From Malacoraja senta (taxonomy: Eukaryota), in assembly GCA_038087875.1 (NCBI GenBank), contig CM075987.1, positions 23,500,001-23,564,000 on the forward strand: DNA of 64,000 nt, given 5' to 3'. Positions 62,530 through 64,000 of the stretch are shown here, piece after piece. The translations under genes were made by a program, and so were the position numbers. Position 1 is the stretch's first letter. Every line of letters starts with the position of its first letter. The notes under the pieces are model-generated. The model saw only the letters and a list, made by a program, of their open reading frames with translations. It did not search any database and was not told the origin of the DNA.

Positions 62530-62838
62530 AGGGCCTGTCCCACTGTACGAGTTTACCCAAGAGCTCTCCCGAGTTTAAAAAAAAATCAAACTCGTGATAA
62601 GCACTTAGAATGTACGTAGCGGGTACATCGGAGCTCAGGACGTCTCTTAGCGGCTCGTAAGGCTAACGGCAGGTACTCGGGAAACGCGGTAAGCTCGTGA
62701 AGACTCGTGAAAAATTTTCAACATGTTGGAAAATGTCCACGAGAGCCCCGAGTACCTACGAGCGGCTATTACCGTAATTCTCCGAGTTCGAATCAGGGGA
62801 AACTCGGGAGAATTAGCTCGTACAGTGGGACAGCCCCT
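62530..62838. mobile_element. MITE, PIF/Harbinger-like
   Basis: TIR agggcctgtcccactgtacgag / ctcgtacagtgggacagcccct; TTA target duplication. Confidence 0.87.
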
Positions 62839-63354
62839 TTAGTGTTGAGACTCTACTCCAAGACACACTTTAATTTCTCTGTCTCAACGTCTTGGTGATG
62901 TTAAAATGAAGGGCAATGTACTCAATAAGCATTATGAACGCAGAAGTACTGTGTCAGTGTGTCGAGACGTTTCACTGTAAAACTCTGAGCTGAATGATAT
63001 TAGTTTTTCTTTTAGTTCTAGTTTATTATTTCTTTTAGTTCCAGATTATTATTGTCACTTTTACCGAGGTACAGTCAAAAGCGTTTTTTGTTGCGTGCTA
63101 TCCAGTCAGCGGAAAGACCAAACATGTTTACAATCAAGCCGTCCACAGTGTACAGATACAGGATAATGGAATAACTTTTAGTGCAAGATAAAGTCCAGTA
63201 AAGTCTGATTCAAGATAGTCCGAGGGTGTCCAATGAGGTAGATGGCGGCTCTCTAGTTGGCGATAGGATGGTTTGGTTGCCTGACAGTAGCTGGGAAGAA
63301 ACTATCCCCGAATCTGAAGATGTGCATTTTCAAACTTCTATACCTCTTGCCTGA

Positions 63355-63890
63355 CAATAGACAATAGACGCAGGAGTAGGCCATTCGGCCCTTCGAGCCA
63401 GCACCGCCATTCAATGTGATCATGGCTGATCATCCCCAATCAGTACCCCGTTCCTGCCTTCTCCCCATATCCCCTGACTCCACTATTTTTAAGAGCCCTA
63501 TCTAGCTCCCTCTTGAAAGCATCCAGAGAACCTGCCTCCACCGCCCTCTGAGGCAGGGAATTCCACAGACTCACCACTCTCTGTGAGAAAAAGTGTTTCC
63601 TCGTCTCCGTTCTAAATGGCTTATTCCTTATTCTTAAACTGTGGCCCCTGGTTCTGGTCTCCCCCAACATCGGGAACATGTTTCCTGCCTCTAGCGTGTC
63701 CAAGCCCTTAATAATCTTATATGTTTCAATGAGATACCCTCTCATCCTTCTAAACTCCAGAGTGTACAAGCCCAGCTGCTCCATTCTCTCAGCATATGAC
63801 AGTCCCGCCATCCTGGGAATTAACGCTGCACTCCCTCAATAGCAAGAATGTCCTGCCTCAAATTAGGGGACCAAAACTGCACACAATACC
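63355..63890 (-). mobile_element. CR1-type LINE 3' end (young subfamily), nested in an older Rex1-like 3' fragment
   Basis: MAGLSYAERMEQLGLYTLEFRRMRGYLIETYKII...; (CTATTGT)n tail. Confidence 0.88.
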
Positions 63891-64000
63891 TGATGGTAGA
63901 GGGGAGAAGAGGGAGTGACCAAATCAGTGTGAAGTGTATAGATGATATAAAACTAACACCACATACCCCTGAGATTACAGCACCATCCGGGTATGAGGAG

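Overview
Vertebrate genomic DNA, most likely from a cartilaginous fish (inferred from the repeat content: HE1/V-type tRNA SINEs and partner CR1-type LINEs). The window holds most of a retinoid X receptor alpha gene (RXRA) on the minus strand: seven coding exons (151, 180, 170, 130, 133, 92, 106 bp; 23782 down to 1459). All have GT-AG boundaries and splice in frame, from the end of the A/B region through the zinc fingers and hinge to helix 9 of the ligand-binding domain. The last coding exon should lie left of the window; exons 1-2 were not found (upstream, or in the 200-N gap at 44586-44785). The rest is intron, dense in CR1, Rex1 and Tx1-like LINE fragments, SINEs, Penelope-like elements and DNA-transposon derivatives. 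Most notable: (1) an inverted, near-identical copy of most of RXRA exon 5 about 27 kb upstream, lacking its splice donor; (2) dozens of Penelope-derived hammerhead-ribozyme-like cores, often in back-to-back palindromic elements; (3) a perfect 32-bp-stem hairpin; (4) a perfect DR2 element upstream of a candidate internal promoter; (5) a teleost AFC-like CORE SINE; (6) Harbinger-like MITEs and triple-nested insertions. All calls were made by eye; no database searches were run.
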